DNA of 64,000 nucleotides. It comes from Lama glama. Taxonomy: Eukaryota. Where the stretch lies: positions 46,192,001-46,256,000 of the forward strand of contig CM052817.1 in NCBI GenBank assembly GCA_028534125.1, given 5' to 3'. The notes under the pieces were generated by a model, which had not been told where the DNA came from, did not search any database, and worked only from the letters and a program-made list of their open reading frames with translations. Below, in pieces: positions 27,387 through 40,740 of the stretch; the stretch's first letter is position 1; every line of letters starts with the position of its first letter. A program made the translations under genes and the position numbers.

Positions 27387-27486
27387 NNNNNNNNNNNNNN
27401 NNNNNNNNNNNNNNNNNNNNNNNNNNNNNNNNNNNNNNNNNNNNNNNNNNNNNNNNNNNNNNNNNNNNNNNNNNNNNNNNNNNNNN
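27387..27486. other. Assembly gap (100 N)
   Basis: Run of exactly 100 n, a placeholder for unknown size. Confidence 1.
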
Positions 27487-27789
27487 AGGGGGAAGCTCAA
27501 AATCATGACTTCGCCTTTTCCTTGTACATTTATTTTGGGTTGGTATGTTTGTTTTGGGAATTTGGGGCACTTAAAAATTAAAGAGGGCCTTTCTGAAATG
27601 TTTGCTTGAGAGCTTTGGATTTAAACTTCTATCAGGGTTACTAGGCAAAGATTTGTGTGGAATGGGCTATAGAACCTTTTCTTTCATGTTTGAGAAATGT
27701 GCATTTCCCCAGCATGCTGTGAAGAAATAGATAACAACCACATGAAAAAAGAAACTTATAGATAGATAGCTTAAGGAAAAAGAAGACAG

Positions 27790-29046
27790 GTATTCCTCTC
27801 CAAATTACCTTTATTATACAGTTGAAATATTAATTATAAACATCTAGTCTATTTTCACAAGAATGATCAAGAAAACACACTAATAAGGACATGCATTGGG
27901 TACGAATCATTATTGGCACATAAACACACTAGGATTTGGGCATGAAAACAATACAATTATGTGCCCAGGGTAGTCTCAAAATAGCCTTCAACTGACAGTC
28001 ATATGTATTTTCTAATCTAAATTGTGTTAGAAACATGGCATCTACTTTGAAAACCAAATGCCATAAGAGAAGAGGGAAGAACTGTGGGCAACAAAGCAGT
28101 AGATTTTCAGTCACATCCTAAGGTTTAGTTTTGGCACACTGGAAGTGCATGTTTTCCTATTAAATTTCTAGATTTGTGAACAAACATAACATCTATTCTT
28201 GAATGAAGTTCACGCTCATACTTAGCATATTTTTCTGATATTTGTTGGAAAATACAACCTTCATTTTGTTTTGTGTATTGGCTTATGTTTGGATTTTCCA
28301 TTATTCCTCAAGGAAGGTGTTGTCCATATATTTTTCTAGAAGAACAACGAAACTACATGTAAACCTAACATATTCTTATTACATTTCTACAATGGCAAGT
28401 AGTCATTCACAATTTGACATGCCTAAATCTTCCCCAAATAACACTGCATTTTTTGCCTTCCCTGAATATTTTCTTTCCTTGAAGGGAGCATCATTTCTCG
28501 TTAAGATGCCTCAACTGATGCATTTGGGAGAAATGTGAGATCAAAATTTTATTTTTAATATTTTATCTTTCTTTTAGCAAGTAAGCTCTTTTTTAGCATA
28601 CAGTATAGAACATAACATATATAAAAACTGAGCACGATTACAGCAAAACCTAAATCACATTTTACAAGGGTGCCTATTTAGCTGACAAAACGTTTGTTAA
28701 AAACATACTATGTGAGATATTTGTGCCAAAAATATATGCACTTATCATGAGCCCTTTATTATTTTAATATTATGAACAAATGTTATTCACAAAGTAAACA
28801 ACTGTTACTAAAGTTTTCATTGTCATTGCTTTGCTTTTTTCCTAAAATTAAAACCCACTCCAAATATTCAGTGAATATTAGGAGGAAATGCATTAAGTTG
28901 TATGAATCATCTGATCCACAATGATTCCATCCATGAAAAAAATAAATACAATGTAGAAATAGCTTTGTAGTAAAATATAAAGGTTTTTTCCTTTTGTCAA
29001 GTAAATAAACAGCATGGCTTCAGTTTGCTTTGTGCTGTCATGTGAC
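27790..29046 (-). other. MTHFD2L: MTHFD2L 3' UTR (approximate end)
   Basis: AT-rich sequence after the stop codon. AATAAA on minus at 28755-28760 (proximal) and 27810-27815 (distal). The distal signal is followed by a U-rich tract (cctgtcttctttttcc). Confidence 0.6.
27810..27815 (-). terminator. Probable MTHFD2L polyadenylation signal
   Basis: AATAAA about 1.24 kb after the stop, with a U/GU-rich element downstream. Confidence 0.55.
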
Positions 29047-29159
29047 CTAGTAAATGATTTTTTTTGCTGCCAGAAGAGTGTTCTTGAGAAGCATCGCCAC
29101 CGTCATGGGTCCCACGCCTCCGGGAACTGGCGTGATAAAGCTAGCCTTCTTCTGAACAG
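29047..29159 (-). CDS. MTHFD2L: MTHFD2L terminal exon, coding part (113 nt including TAG)
   Basis: Acceptor ctttctgtttcctccaccag|. Joins in frame to the 49389 donor and translates [48 protein letters not shown] is the THF dehydrogenase/cyclohydrolase signature, and the KKIIY* end matches MTHFD2L rather than MTHFD2 as recalled. Confidence 0.97.
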
Positions 29160-29235
29160 CTGGTGGAGGAAACAGAAAGTATTCTTTATTTTTTTTATTT
29201 TTTCTAAGAATTTCATATTTTCAAACGCACTTAAA

Positions 29236-29566
29236 TGTTAAAAGATAAACTGAGGGCATTAAAAAAAAGTAAAGTGTTTATTTGAGCAAAAATGGATTCA
29301 AACGGGGTGGCGCCAACCCTGAAGTAGTTGTTAAGGCTTCCACCATCGGGTGCGCAGGGAGTGACTTGCAGAGAAAAGGTGGAAGCAAAGCAAGCAGATT
29401 GTTGATTGGTTATAGCTTAAAGCCTAGTTGGCTGTTTGTGATTGGTTGTCCTTAGGTTTCTATTTTATAACCTTGAGGCATTTACAGGCTAAGATTTTGG
29501 TTGCTCATGTAGGCAGCTGCGGCATTAGACCCACCTCAGTCTAATGGCCTCCTTGTTTAATTAACA
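29236..29566 (-). mobile_element. ERV1-like solo LTR in the last MTHFD2L intron
   Basis: tgttaa...ttaaca inverted termini, two CCAAT boxes on minus (29445-29441, 29409-29405), AATAAA on minus at 29282-29277. No clean TSD seen. Confidence 0.7.
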
Positions 29567-29639
29567 GAATATAGAATATTTTTCTGCACTACACATAGAA
29601 CCCTAACAACCTCACATCATTTTTAGAATGAAGCAGACT

Positions 29640-29642
<3 letters not shown>

Positions 29643-29688
<46 letters not shown>
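29643..29688. repeat. (AC)23 microsatellite
   Basis: Perfect dinucleotide run. Confidence 0.97.
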
Positions 29689-29690
<2 letters not shown>

Positions 29691-30520
29691 CTGTGTATGA
29701 TATCCAGTGTGTATAGAAAGAACACAATAAGGCCAACACTGTAGAATGAATCTCCATGTAGCTCAGTCTTACATGATGAAAATCTATAACCCATGATTGA
29801 TCCAACTATGTGTAATCCCAGCTAGCTACTTCTAAAATACATAATACTGATCACAGAGTGGAGACAGGATAAAGACAGTTCCGTTACATTAGAATGTTCC
29901 TGTTATAACAGCAGCATCATGTATATATGTGGATAATGCATTCCAGTCCTAGTCTAATAAGAATCACTAAACATATTAAAATTATCTGAAACACAAAACA
30001 TGCATAGTCCTCTTGTAAGGTATGAATGAAGACTTCTTTAGTCAATATACTTAAAGAAAATGGTAGAGAATTTTCAGCAAGTTATATTTAAGAATGTTCT
30101 TACATCCACAATATTACAGGTGAATGACTCCAGGCACTGACCTACTTACTGGCTTAGTGCTTCACCATGTGAATAAGAACAATGAAGTTTTTCCAGATAA
30201 CTCTTTTCGTACAAAGTTAGCATAGACAATACTTCTTTCACGCATACTCTGACCTTATTAATCACATGCTATTTAGATGTATTGCCTTTTACAAGTTTGC
30301 TCATATATACATTAATATATAAAATCACATATTTGTAAAGCACTGACTTTGAAATATTAATTCATGAATAAAACCAGATGTTTTCTAGAGCTTAAGTATT
30401 ATTTTTAATTAGCGTATTTAATAATTGCCTTTATTATGTGTCAGGCGTTCTGTTGCCTCTTTAAGTCACAGTGGCACCTAACCCAGATGTTAGTATCCTC
30501 ATTTTACTAATGAGTTACTC

Positions 30521-30615
30521 TTTTTGTGTGTTGTTGTTAGTGGAGATACTGAGGATTGAACCCAGGATCTCATGCATGCTAAGCATGCTCTCTACCACTG
30601 AGCTATACCCTGCCC
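30521..30615 (-). mobile_element. tRNA(Ala)-derived SINE, Vic-1-like (camelid)
   Basis: Minus strand reads GGGCAGGGTATAGCTCAGTGGTAGAGAGCATGCTTAGCATGCATGAGATCCTGGGTTCAATCCTCAGTATCTCCA followed by an A/C-rich tail. Pol III A box at 30605-30595, B box at 30562-30553. Confidence 0.85.
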
Positions 30616-33600
30616 ACTTAAGTATTATTTTTGTACAATTTATATTGCCTTCTTGAACCACAGTTTGTAAAATTTACATTTACTTTAAGTGTAGTAGTAT
30701 ACTGCAATGATTTTTTAAATCATAGGAAAATATTATTTTACCTGAAGAAAAGTCTAAATAAGCTTGAAGTCATCATCAAAAAAAGTCCTGCTAGTGTGTA
30801 TCACGAATCTTCTCATGGTGCACAACAAAGAAAAGAACACTGTGATTTGGAAGATAATATTTTTGAAATATTAAGCATGTCCTTTCCCTGCCGTTCTTCT
30901 ATTCAGTGCACTCTGTGCTGAAGAAACACTAGACTAGGTCAACAGCCATTTCATAAATAGCTAGCTATGAATTATCAGTCCTTCCTTCCTTTGCTCTCGC
31001 TATTCCTTCCACCTGGATACGCTGCTTCCCGAATACGCTGCTACGTTCTCCAAATAAGAAACTCCTTACTATTCTTCAAAAGCCAATAAAATGTTACCTG
31101 TCCATAAATTTTCTCGAAACTTTACCCTTCCAACACTGAATTAAAAGCTCCACCATCTATTTCCAGTCACTCTACACCAGACTCTATTATGGAATTTACC
31201 ACACTGTGCTGTCTGTGCCTTTAACTAGACACCAGCACCTAAAAGGCAGAAACTCTTTGTGGTGGTGGTTGTCATTTTTTAATCTTAGAACTGCTCTGTG
31301 CTCTGAGGCATTCAGTAAATTTTGATAAAGCAAATTAACTAGCCCTTGATATTTAAAATCTAAAGTCAATTTGCAGGAATGTGCCAGTGCTTTTGACTGG
31401 ACACAAACAACATCAAAACAATTTAGTTAAAGTTAATTTACTGAAAAATTCAAGCTACATTTTTTGCTTGAGGGTGACAAACTGCATTTTTCACTTTCTA
31501 ATAAGCTGACCTGATGGCATGAGCAATGCCTTCTAGGTAGGACCTTTTCTGTAAGATTAGAGAAGTAATGCCTTTAAAAATTTCAGCAGGTCTCTGGAAG
31601 GAATGTAGTACACTACTATTACTTAGATTGATGGTATATAAAATCATAAACTTGTAAAGCACTAACTTTGAAATGTTAATAAAGATAGAATACTACTGAA
31701 TAGTATAGTAAATTATGAATCAAGTATGAACTAAATCTTCCTTGGAAAACAAAATGGCTTATTTCACAATCAAAAGGTGGATTAAACTGGGAATCATTTT
31801 TTATATAATTTGGTTTTCAATTTTGAAGAGGGAAGTGGTTTGGAATTATGTACATATGGAAAAATAATAATAACTGCAGCTACTATTAATTGAATACTCA
31901 CTACTTGCCAAGAACTTTATGCACATGACTTTAATAATTAATACTTAATTATTATTTCATTTTAATAGGTGAGGAAAATATGGCTCACTGAAGTTAAAAT
32001 GACCTACCACTCTCCTATATTGTAGAGACATTCACAGCCAGGTTTGAATCATTCTATAATTCCACCCCCATCCCGATACAACTATATTACCATAACTTGA
32101 ACAAATAGAAAAGTCCCAAGAAAGGCTCATGTGCCAAAAATTAACTCAGTTTTCTCAAAAGTTTAGGGAGATATTTTGGAAAAACAAAGAGGGAGAAGTT
32201 CTAATATAGTAATTTTCTGACAATTGTACTATGAGTACTCATGGCTCATCATCTTTGAATTATATCCAGCACTTCAAATTACAGCTGACTTAGTAGTCTG
32301 AGTTACTTTCTTCCTGGGTGAGGTTCAGATCAGATAAACCATGGGTCTGCTCGGGTATTATAACCTTCTTCTTCCAAATTATGTTTTTCACAGCATGCAT
32401 ACTACTATATTCTTTTGCTCAAAAAGTGAAGTTTGGGGTGGAGGAATAGGGAATGAGAATGAGCTGTTGCATGAAATAACACCTGCCTGAAATTTGTAGC
32501 TCTGTGTCTTGCATTTTTGCACACTTTACTGCCGCAAAGTAACACACATTTATCTTGTCTATCACTTAGACTAGAATTAGACTGTGTGATGGGTAATAGG
32601 TCTTCACTTGACCTAGGCTAGGACTTCTCTAGATATTCATAAGCATTTAGTTGCATCAACAGAGCCCTGTAAATTACTCATTAGCAGAAGTTGATGACCT
32701 CACTGTGAACACACCTGGTTATGCAAACACTTGTTTCAAGCATTTTTATCTTTGGAATAAAGTGGACAGTTGTGAAAATGAAGTTTGTACATAGTGTTGA
32801 CAGGTTGATTTTGATTTTGATTTTTGACAGTTGAATTTGATTTAAAAAAATGTAAGAACTCTATTCCTTTTGGTTTGATTTTCATGAGAATCTATGCCTG
32901 GGAAAGTTTATCTGCTGCTGGCTAGTGTTAATGTATTCTTTGTCTATTTACATAAGGACCAGGATACGGAAGTAAGTGCTTTCTCAAGAAAGATGAGGAA
33001 TTATTATTGGCAAGGGCTGATGGGTACAGATACCAATGCTTAAAAGAAATTCTCTAGTCTAATGATTTTGCATAACTATTTCAGGGCTGTCCTAAGCAAT
33101 GTGTTTATGAAGTACCAGAGGTGGCTTATGAGCTAAAATTAGTCATGTGAGAAAGAGTTAAATTCAATACATGTTTGATGCTCTTTAAGTCATCTTCCCG
33201 AATCCTGTCTGCAAGAGAGTAATAAGTTAACAAGCATTATATCACCAGAATAACTTTTCATTGGCTGGTCTGAGGGCAGACAAGGGTTAGCACTTGCTTA
33301 TAGAAGATAATGCTATTAAAGATTAATCCTATTATGTGTGGGAAAAAGGTGTTCTATATGCTCCACTGAAAATAATTACAGAAGAATTTTAAGGCAGCAA
33401 TTTCACTCAGAAACTTATATCCTATGAGAGAGTGTGGGTGTGTGTTTCAAGGAAAATACCAAAAATTCTGTATGTATGAGAATCAGGTATTGTATCTTGA
33501 TTGATACTTGTGCTTTCATGAATAGCTTTCACGAAACCAGAGTTAAATTCAATTTCATAAAGTCAACATGATTTCAGAGTTACTGAAACCATAATGGAGG

Positions 33601-36600
33601 CAAATAAAACAATCATAAAATCCTATTATCATCTGCATGGAACTTACCTTAGGGAATGAGATTTATATGGAAATGATTTGGTGATGTTTAAAGCAGTTTC
33701 TGAAAATAAGAATATTTTGAGGAAAAGCAACAATGATTATGACAATATATTTGAATGACTCTCTGTAGACTTTAGGCCCTGCAAAGTAAATTCTATAGAT
33801 TTCCTTAAAAATAATAATGCTCTACCAGCATAATTTAGACTGTGAGAGAGTGTATGTTCAGTTTTATAGAAAGAAAAGATATTACCATTTAAAGTCAGTC
33901 ATTTTAGACACATGATTTGCCTTTGTACTTACTATTCTCTGTTTGACATACAAATACTTGAATCATAGTTACTCATTCCCCATTGGTCAAAGCAAGTCAT
34001 GTGATCAAGCTCAAATTTAAAGGCTTGGAATAGGAAGAATGGCAAAGTCACATTGCCAAGAGGACAGAAGATATGTGTAGTCATTTTTGATAATCCACTG
34101 TAACGGTCTCTTGGTTTTCAGTCTCCACCTTGTTAGCCATACAATCTGCTGCCAGATTTATTCTTCAAAGCATATATTAGATCATTTCAGCTTATAAACA
34201 TTTGATGAATCGTCACTGTTTCTTCAATAAAATATAAACTATTTGTCATGGCAATTAGGATCCTTTATTATCTGGCCCTATACCCTTGTCTTGCATTGTT
34301 TCTTAGTCTTTGCATGTTTTCCTAATTTGATTATTCGCTGTTCCTACACATGCTAAAAACGGCTCCAGGTGGATTCACAGCAACAGCTTCTTGAGAAAGA
34401 CAGCCATAGGCACTGTTCCTTGGAACTTACAGTCTAGTTGGGAGATGTATATTACAAATATAACTTCCTAAGGATTCCTTATGCTAAGGTTTTGAAATGT
34501 TCTACAAATGAAATGCTTATTGCACTGTGGCGTGTTGGGAAGACCTCAGTGAGCATGAGCATATGTGGTATATCTATGCTAAGTCTAGAAACCTGAGGAT
34601 GAATCAGACTTTTCCAGGTGAGAATGAGAGGTGGGGAGTAGACAGCATTCTTGGTGGAGGAACAGTGTTTGTGATGAAGGTGGGCAGAAGCTTCCCCCAG
34701 GTGGAAAGTGGCATGAACTCTTGCAAACTCTGCAAGAAGGCCAGTGGGGCTGACATGTAGAAGTGAAGGGGAGGAGTTGCAGGAGATGACATGGAATAGT
34801 CTGGCTCATGGAGAGCCTAGCAGATAATGCTACAAATTTGCGGTATTAACCTAAGAGCAATGGTTAAGGTGGAAAAATATATATATTTGGAGGCAGGGTA
34901 AGTCAAGTGGGGAAACTGCCTGTACTGTGTACATTTTTCTAATGAGATGAGTTTATCATCTGTGGCAGAGAGAAGGGAGAACACAAAAGTAGCCACACAA
35001 AGTAAGACATGCTAAGATGGTAATAAATGCTGGTTCTTGTGGGAGCACCTCAAAGACAAACAGAAATCAGATGAGGGTCAGAGAAATATTTGTAAAGTGA
35101 CATAAAAGCATCAAGATCTTATGGCTGTCTAAGGGGGTGAGAAAGAAGGATAGAAGGCAATGCAAGCATACGGAATAGTAAAGCAAAGGAGGTTTGGACT
35201 TGACAATGAAGCGGACTCAATGGAGGAGCTTAAAGAAGTTCACCATGACTGAAGCACCTAGCGGAAACGAAGAGTAGAAAGAGATGAGGCGAGGGAGGTG
35301 GTCCTGGGCCGCGTGAACCCACAGTGAGGGGTCAGGACGCTTAGGATGGGTGATGGCAGCTATGGTTTCTGCGAATAAGCTTTTAAAAAGGCTTCTGTGA
35401 GTGAACTTGGTTATTTATATATTTAGGAATAACCAGTTTTGCAAGATGAGAAATTGGATAGAAAACGTGTACTACAAGATAATTTTCAGAAGAAAATTAT
35501 AATAAAGGAGAAATTCATGTTTCAGTTTCATAAAGTTTCAGGGTTTTGAATGCTATTAAATTTTTATTCAAGAAATCCGTTTTTAGCCTGGAATCTAAAT
35601 CTAATCTGCTGGGCTTCCTTTTCTCTGCTAGGTAGGGAGCTACTTTTTATCATGTTACTGAATTCAGATTTCTAAAGAGAAGAAATAAGACAGGTTTGGC
35701 TTGACATTATTTTCATCATTTCTTACTTGAAGTTAACCACCTTTCTGTGTCAGGAAAGGAATAATAGGGTATGGAGCAGAGGTTTAAAATCTGAGGTTAT
35801 GGCAGGGATGATGAAAGAAACTATGTGTTCAGTTTATGTGTGTGCCTCAAAAAAGTCCAGTGTGACACATGGTCACAAGGTGTGGAAATATTACTAATTA
35901 AGGATATAGCAACATAAGGGGAATTAAAATGCCTTTTAACAACTAATGTAAGAATAAAATAAGAAGTATGTGATCATTAACTTTTTGGCACCAGCAACCC
36001 ATGCTTCATGACAGGGTGTCTCTGGTTTGTGTGTTGTGTGTCATTATTTCCTCTAGAAACTATATGTTCCCAGATTCCCAGGGCCTGGGCTTAAAAATCC
36101 AGTTTCATCTAAGATACTTTTGTTAGGAAGACTCACTAATTCTTAGGCAGATAGTGAATTTCTGCTTCAGTACATTATACACTATTCCAAAATTCCCAAA
36201 TAATGGAATTTTCATATGTACCTAAAAATAATTAATGTTGCTAATACCATTTGGAAATTGTATCTTCTGGCAAAGTCAAAGAATGTATTTGTGCCTTGTA
36301 AGTCTATTTTGGGGTAGAAGAAGAGGAATTGATATCTCAGGTCCCTACGGTATTGTTTTATTTCCCTTTGTAGTTTGTTCAATTCTCTGTCTCTTTCAAG
36401 GAAGTACTCTAAGCCCATGTCAGATTTCCAACAATGCTACAACTCATTTTTAAAACCAACTCCCTTCTCCCAAAGGAAAAGGGATGATTCCTTATCTGTG
36501 GCAATGCAGCAGAAGGAAAATTCCTTGTCCCACTCATGTGAATTTCAGCCTCCTAGAATCCATGTGTAATTGTCTAAATTAAATGCCTGGAGATTTTCCC

Positions 36601-38252
36601 ATGCTTCTAAATGCAGTCCATTTAGGCATGACCTCTCTCAAACATGTCCACTGTAATGAAGGAGAGACAAGCTTCAGGAAAATGAAGTACATGAATAACA
36701 ACCAGAAAAACCTGACTGGCATAAGACTGGAGAAAAGTATGACTCAGGAGGCAATATGGAAAACACTCCACATTCTTATGTGGTTGATATAAAAAATGAC
36801 ACTTAAGAGCATGATGAGTGAGAGAGAGTAAAGGGCTCCTTGCAACTGAATGGCTCACCACTGAATTCTTGCAAGGCAACAAGGAGTCAGGTGGCCCAGA
36901 GGCAATTTACTATGCTTTCTCTTGCATTTACCTAGTTGCCTGATTCCTGGGGTTTCTACAAGTTTTCTGCACATATTAAGGCATTCATTATCATGGCTTC
37001 TAGTGGGGTATTAATGGAACAGACAGGATTGATGCCTTACTGGGGACAAGAGTATGAGACTGTGATCACATTTGTATACGAATTGTGTTGGCTTCATTAG
37101 GCTGGTGAGTTGTACTTACAAAGACTTCCTTTACCTATTTACTATACTCTCTGTATGAATAAGGTGGCTGAGCCTTTTTTCTTTTGCTTTAGTGACTGTT
37201 ATCCTTATGTTAAATCAAATCTGTATATCCCCCTATCTGTCTCATAGATGTGAATATCTAAAAATACCGCTCGTACCACTTAGATGACTTTCAGTGAATC
37301 CAAATAGTCAATCAGTCACCTGCTGAAATTTTGAAATTGTTTTCTACAAACTCTGTCTATGGCCCACCAGAGGAACCTCCTTTCTTACCTTGAATGGTAT
37401 TAGCCATCTTTGCCAGTTTCCATTTTGGTAGGTTGGAGTGGGGATCACTGTCATGATATTTCTAATACTCTATCAACACGACTAAAACTATCTTCCTTTC
37501 ATGACTTCCTTCACAAAAATATATTATTTACTCTTGTTGTTCTCCCCAATCCTTTTTCCTCAAGCCACTGGGACATTCCTACGATAGAGTGGCCAATCTG
37601 TAAACTAGATAGGCTGTTTTGGAGTATCCTCAAAATGTCTTGGCAGGACCTTGATCTCAGTGATCTGCCATCATCAACCCAAGACACTAGAAGATGATAC
37701 TGTCCTCCCATAGATAGCTTGTTTTTAAAAGCTGAGAAACAACTACAACAAATCTCATCATTAAGTATAAAAGAAGAAGAAAGACTTACAGAGGCATCAG
37801 GCACTTCTCTTGTTCCAGCAGACAGCTTTTTTGTGCTTCAGCTTTAACTATTCTCTATAAAGGTAGATCATTCAGTGTCGAAAACATCCTACTTTTTTAA
37901 AAAGAATGTCTCTGAAGACTGACCTGATTTCAAAGACCTAGACTTTACAATAAGCATCTTGACCATGTGGTAAGCAACAAGGTGGCAGTTGGGTCACTGG
38001 TAGGAATATCATAGTGACCATCAGTGGTTCTACCTGTTTTCTGAAATGACATGTGTGGCACTATGACCACAGTATTAGTAATAGCTTGTCTAACAGAGGC
38101 ATTTGCCAATTTCCATCAGCTTTTTTCAAAGTGGCTGTAACCTCTGGGTTTCAGTGTTAGGTCGTCTTTTATACCAAAGCTGGACTTTTGAGCTACCTTG
38201 TAATCATCTAACACAAAACATTGATATTTTGAGCCAGACTGATCAACCATAT

Positions 38253-38624
38253 TGTTATAAACTGAATGTTTGTGTTTCCCCAAAACTCATATGTTGAAAT
38301 CCTACACTCCAGTGTGATGGTATTAGGAGGCGAGGCCTTTGGGAGGTGATTAGGTCATAAGGGTTCCACCCTCGTGAATGGGATTAATACTCTTAAAAAA
38401 AAAAAAAAGACCCCAGAGAGCTCTCTTGCTCTTTGTGCCAAGTAAAGATACAATGATAAATTAGCTGTCTGCAACTCAGAAGGGGGTTCTCACCAGAATC
38501 TGACTGTGATGGCACCCTGATCTTGGACTTCCAGTGTCCAGGACTGGAAGAAATAAATGCTTTTTTTTTATACCACCCAGTCTATAGCTATAATTTGTTA
38601 TAGCAACCCAAACTGACTAAGACA
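38253..38624 (+). mobile_element. MLT1A/MLT1A0-like MaLR solo LTR
   Basis: TG...CA ends (tgttataaactgaatgtttgtg ... actgactaagaca), internal AATAAA, perfect 5-bp TSD catat at 38248-38252 and 38625-38629. Confidence 0.9.
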
Positions 38625-39559
38625 CATATCATCAAATTAAATGATTAACACTGAAAACTGACTTGGTACAGAGTCAGTTTAATTGGGTTCCTTACAATAT
38701 CACAGATTAATAGTTCTCTCAAAATGGTATCATTCCAAAGTAGTCTTATTTCCTTAGAAACTGGTAACATGCGCATACTTTCCCATCTTGTAGAACACCC
38801 ATTTGGGAGTAAGCAGTGCAAAACCACTTCCGGAAGAGGCCTGCTTTGACATATCATCTGGAGACTATAAGTTCCATGAGGGCAGGGACTTTGTCTATCT
38901 GTGCATGCTATATCCTTAGTACCTTAAAGGTGTGTTGAGTGAGAAATATGTGCTGATTAAATCAATGTATGGCTCAATGGATGTATCATTACTGAATCAG
39001 GGTTGTTGTAGATAAATAATGTGTTGGATGCTACCTTGAGGGAGAGCTTTTGTTCCCATTAAGGCAATTTTAAGGAATTACTCCTGTAATATAAGAGTGA
39101 CACTAGAGATTTGTAAGTATCGAGGATGATCATACACCAATGACCAATGACGTGACTAAGAAGGCTGAGACCTGGTACGGGATGGAGATACAGAAGAAAT
39201 GTAGGGCAAGAAGCTTCCCTTACGGAGGCAGACAATTTAGTAGGGAACAACTAAATAAAAGTGCAAGGTAGTATAGGATTAAGAGCAAAATGAGTAGGGC
39301 AGATTGAGATCTACCACAGGAGTTTGGAGAAGATGAGGATAAACGTGGATGCTTTAAAGTTGATTTGTATGAGTGTTGGGTGAAAACAAGCCTGACCAGA
39401 AGAGAGTTGAGGCCAGAAAAGTAATGAGGAGCAGGGTGGTAACTGAAATGTGAAGTGATATACTTTCAGGTTAGTACCATAGTAGGAACAAAGAGAAAGG
39501 CTGAACAATATGCACACACAGACACACACATACACTATCTTCTCAGCAAGTCACATACA

Positions 39560-39735
39560 TTAGCTCATGGGAGGTGATTATTTCACTTAATCTTCATAAC
39601 AACTCTATAAGATAGATACTATTATCTGTTTTTCAATGATAAAATCAAGCCTCAGAGAGGTTAAGTGATTTACCAAGATCATAATTGTTTTAAGCAACAG
39701 AGCTAGAATTCAAACTTAAGTCAGCCTAACTCCAA
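39560..39735. mobile_element. MIR SINE
   Basis: ttaatcttcataacaactctat...gcctcagagaggttaagtgatttaccaagatcata...agagctagaattcaaac. Confidence 0.7.
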
Positions 39736-40379
39736 TCATAATCGTTTATGAAGAGTCGTACATTTTATATAATCGGCAGGGAGTAAAAGGTAGCTCTCAG
39801 GTTTCAAATGCAGAGTACTATGCATAAACAAAACATCTGGAGGTGACTGACGATAGTAAAAGAAGAGAAAATGTAGATGAGATGCTTTAAAAGCACGCCA
39901 GGAGTTTTAGTTTTTTCTAGTAGTTTCTTAGAAGACTGGTACCTTCTATGTAATTCTAGACCCTCTTCTCTCCTCAGGTTTTGACTATTGGGTTGGAGTT
40001 TTGAAGCATAATTCTGACCAGATGGAGTCCCAAATTATAGGTTCCCTTTTGCTCTAGGAGAGATTTCTTGTCCAGTGGACAGTCTTTTGAAGAAAGCAAA
40101 GTTCCAGCTAATCTGGGGACAAATCACAATTATTTAGAATATCATACATCATTCAACAAACAGTGTTGGACCTATTATTGAGTACATAAGGCCTTCTGTA
40201 ATTTTTCTTCCTTCCCTTTGATCTCCTGTTTCCTCCACATGGAAATAGCCCCTTTTTCCCTCTGCCCACTCTCTGTCCTGTATACGCACATATAGATGAA
40301 ATTTATCCTTTCAGATTCATCTCGAAAGGATTCTAGAACAAGTGCCTTCACTCTTGCCTATTTGAAAACTCTTAGAGTC

Positions 40380-40740
40380 ATAAATGATTCTCCTCTTTCT
40401 TTTATATCTAATCATTTAGCCAGTCACTCTAACTCTCCCTTTAAATTATATCTACCATCTAACCACCTCTTAATACTTTCACTCATTACCACCCTGGTCC
40501 ACGCCCCATCTCAGATAATTTCTTATTGCATAATTACAATAGGCTCTTACAAGGTACCGTATTTGTACCCTTAGCTCTCTAAGGTCTATTTGCCACTCAG
40601 AAAACCAGGGTGATCCTGTTAAAATGCAAGTCAAATGTCATTTCTTTGTTCTAGATCCTCCAATGGCTTTCCATTGCACTTAGAGTAAAATTCAAATTCC
40701 GCTCCATGGTCTATAAGGCCATTCATGATGTGGCACCCCT
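40380..40740. mobile_element. L2 LINE fragment
   Basis: gggtgatcctgttaaaatgcaagtcaaatgtca...cctccaatggctttccattgcacttagagtaaaattcaaattcc...ataaggccattcatgatgtggc. Confidence 0.65.

Noticed and set aside
26826..27581. ORFs around the assembly gap
   Set aside because: They cross a MER31-like LTR or the N run and are artefacts.
30541..30615. Possible tRNA-Ala gene
   Set aside because: The acceptor stem does not pair properly and an A-rich tail follows, so it is a SINE rather than a tRNA gene.
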